A program made the translations under genes and the position numbers. DNA of 64,000 nt from Methylotenera sp. (GTDB taxonomy: Bacteria; Pseudomonadota; Gammaproteobacteria; Burkholderiales; Methylophilaceae): NCBI GenBank assembly GCA_046594885.1, contig JBKJRD010000014.1:9901-73900 (forward strand). The letters are read 5' to 3'. The notes beneath the pieces are model-generated. The model did not search any database, was not told the DNA's origin, and was given only the letters and a program-made list of their open reading frames with translations. Positions 63,865 to 64,000 of this stretch are shown here, in pieces. The number at the start of each line of letters is the position of its first letter. Position 1 is the stretch's first letter.

Positions 63865-64000
63865 ATGAATTTTTTCAAAAAAAACATCAAGATAATTTTA
63901 ATTACAGTCATTATTACTATTATATCCATTCTAATTTTCATGAATTTTGTGACGGGTGAGAAAGAAATAGAACGTATTCTTCATCAACATTATTCAATTA
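63865..64000 (+). CDS. 5' fragment of a probable phospholipase D / cardiolipin synthase-like gene, cut by the window edge
   Basis: Open frame MNFFKKNIKIILITVIITIISILIFMNFVTGEKEIERILHQHYSI...; the TM followed by NFVTGEKxIE resembles, from memory, the N-terminus of a proteobacterial PLD subfamily; no catalytic motif is visible. Confidence 0.45.
   Translation, partial: MNFFKKNIKIILITVIITIISILIFMNFVTGEKEIERILHQHYSI

Overview
A 64-kb chromosomal window from an AT-rich betaproteobacterium; gene content and order suggest Methylophilaceae (Methylotenera-like), which is an inference. Most of it is housekeeping: pyrD, clpSA, tgt/yajC-secDF, pssA, leuA, ffh, tRNA-Lys, modABC, galE and recQ, plus a GH17-GT2 glucan synthase facing an OpgB-like transferase and a GAF-PAS-GGDEF-EAL protein. 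Four things stand out. (1) A ~16-kb envelope-lipid/general-stress cluster (asmA, MCE transporter, two cardiolipin synthases, csbD, DUF3309, ybhP) carries five copies of a palindrome, TGTRCG-N4-CGYACA. Each copy sits 21-22 nt upstream of a TAnnnT hexamer, the class II CRP-promoter geometry, and one copy also faces an adjacent non-canonical Crp/Fnr regulator, so this looks like a candidate uncharacterised regulon. (2) The 9-mer G[TG]GTTAAGT occurs at least 20 times against about 1 expected, mostly just after stop codons and in inverted pairs, reminiscent of DNA-uptake or REP-type sequences. (3) The tRNA-Lys locus carries stacked att-like relics of three different tRNAs, an IHF-consensus site with tandem repeats, and a downstream quinol-type NO reductase. 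(4) Several small ORFs are missing from the ORF track, including a probably leaderless Leu-rich leuA leader peptide and a 37-aa His/Cys lipoprotein. No CRISPR array, integrase or transposase was seen. All counts and alignments were done by hand.
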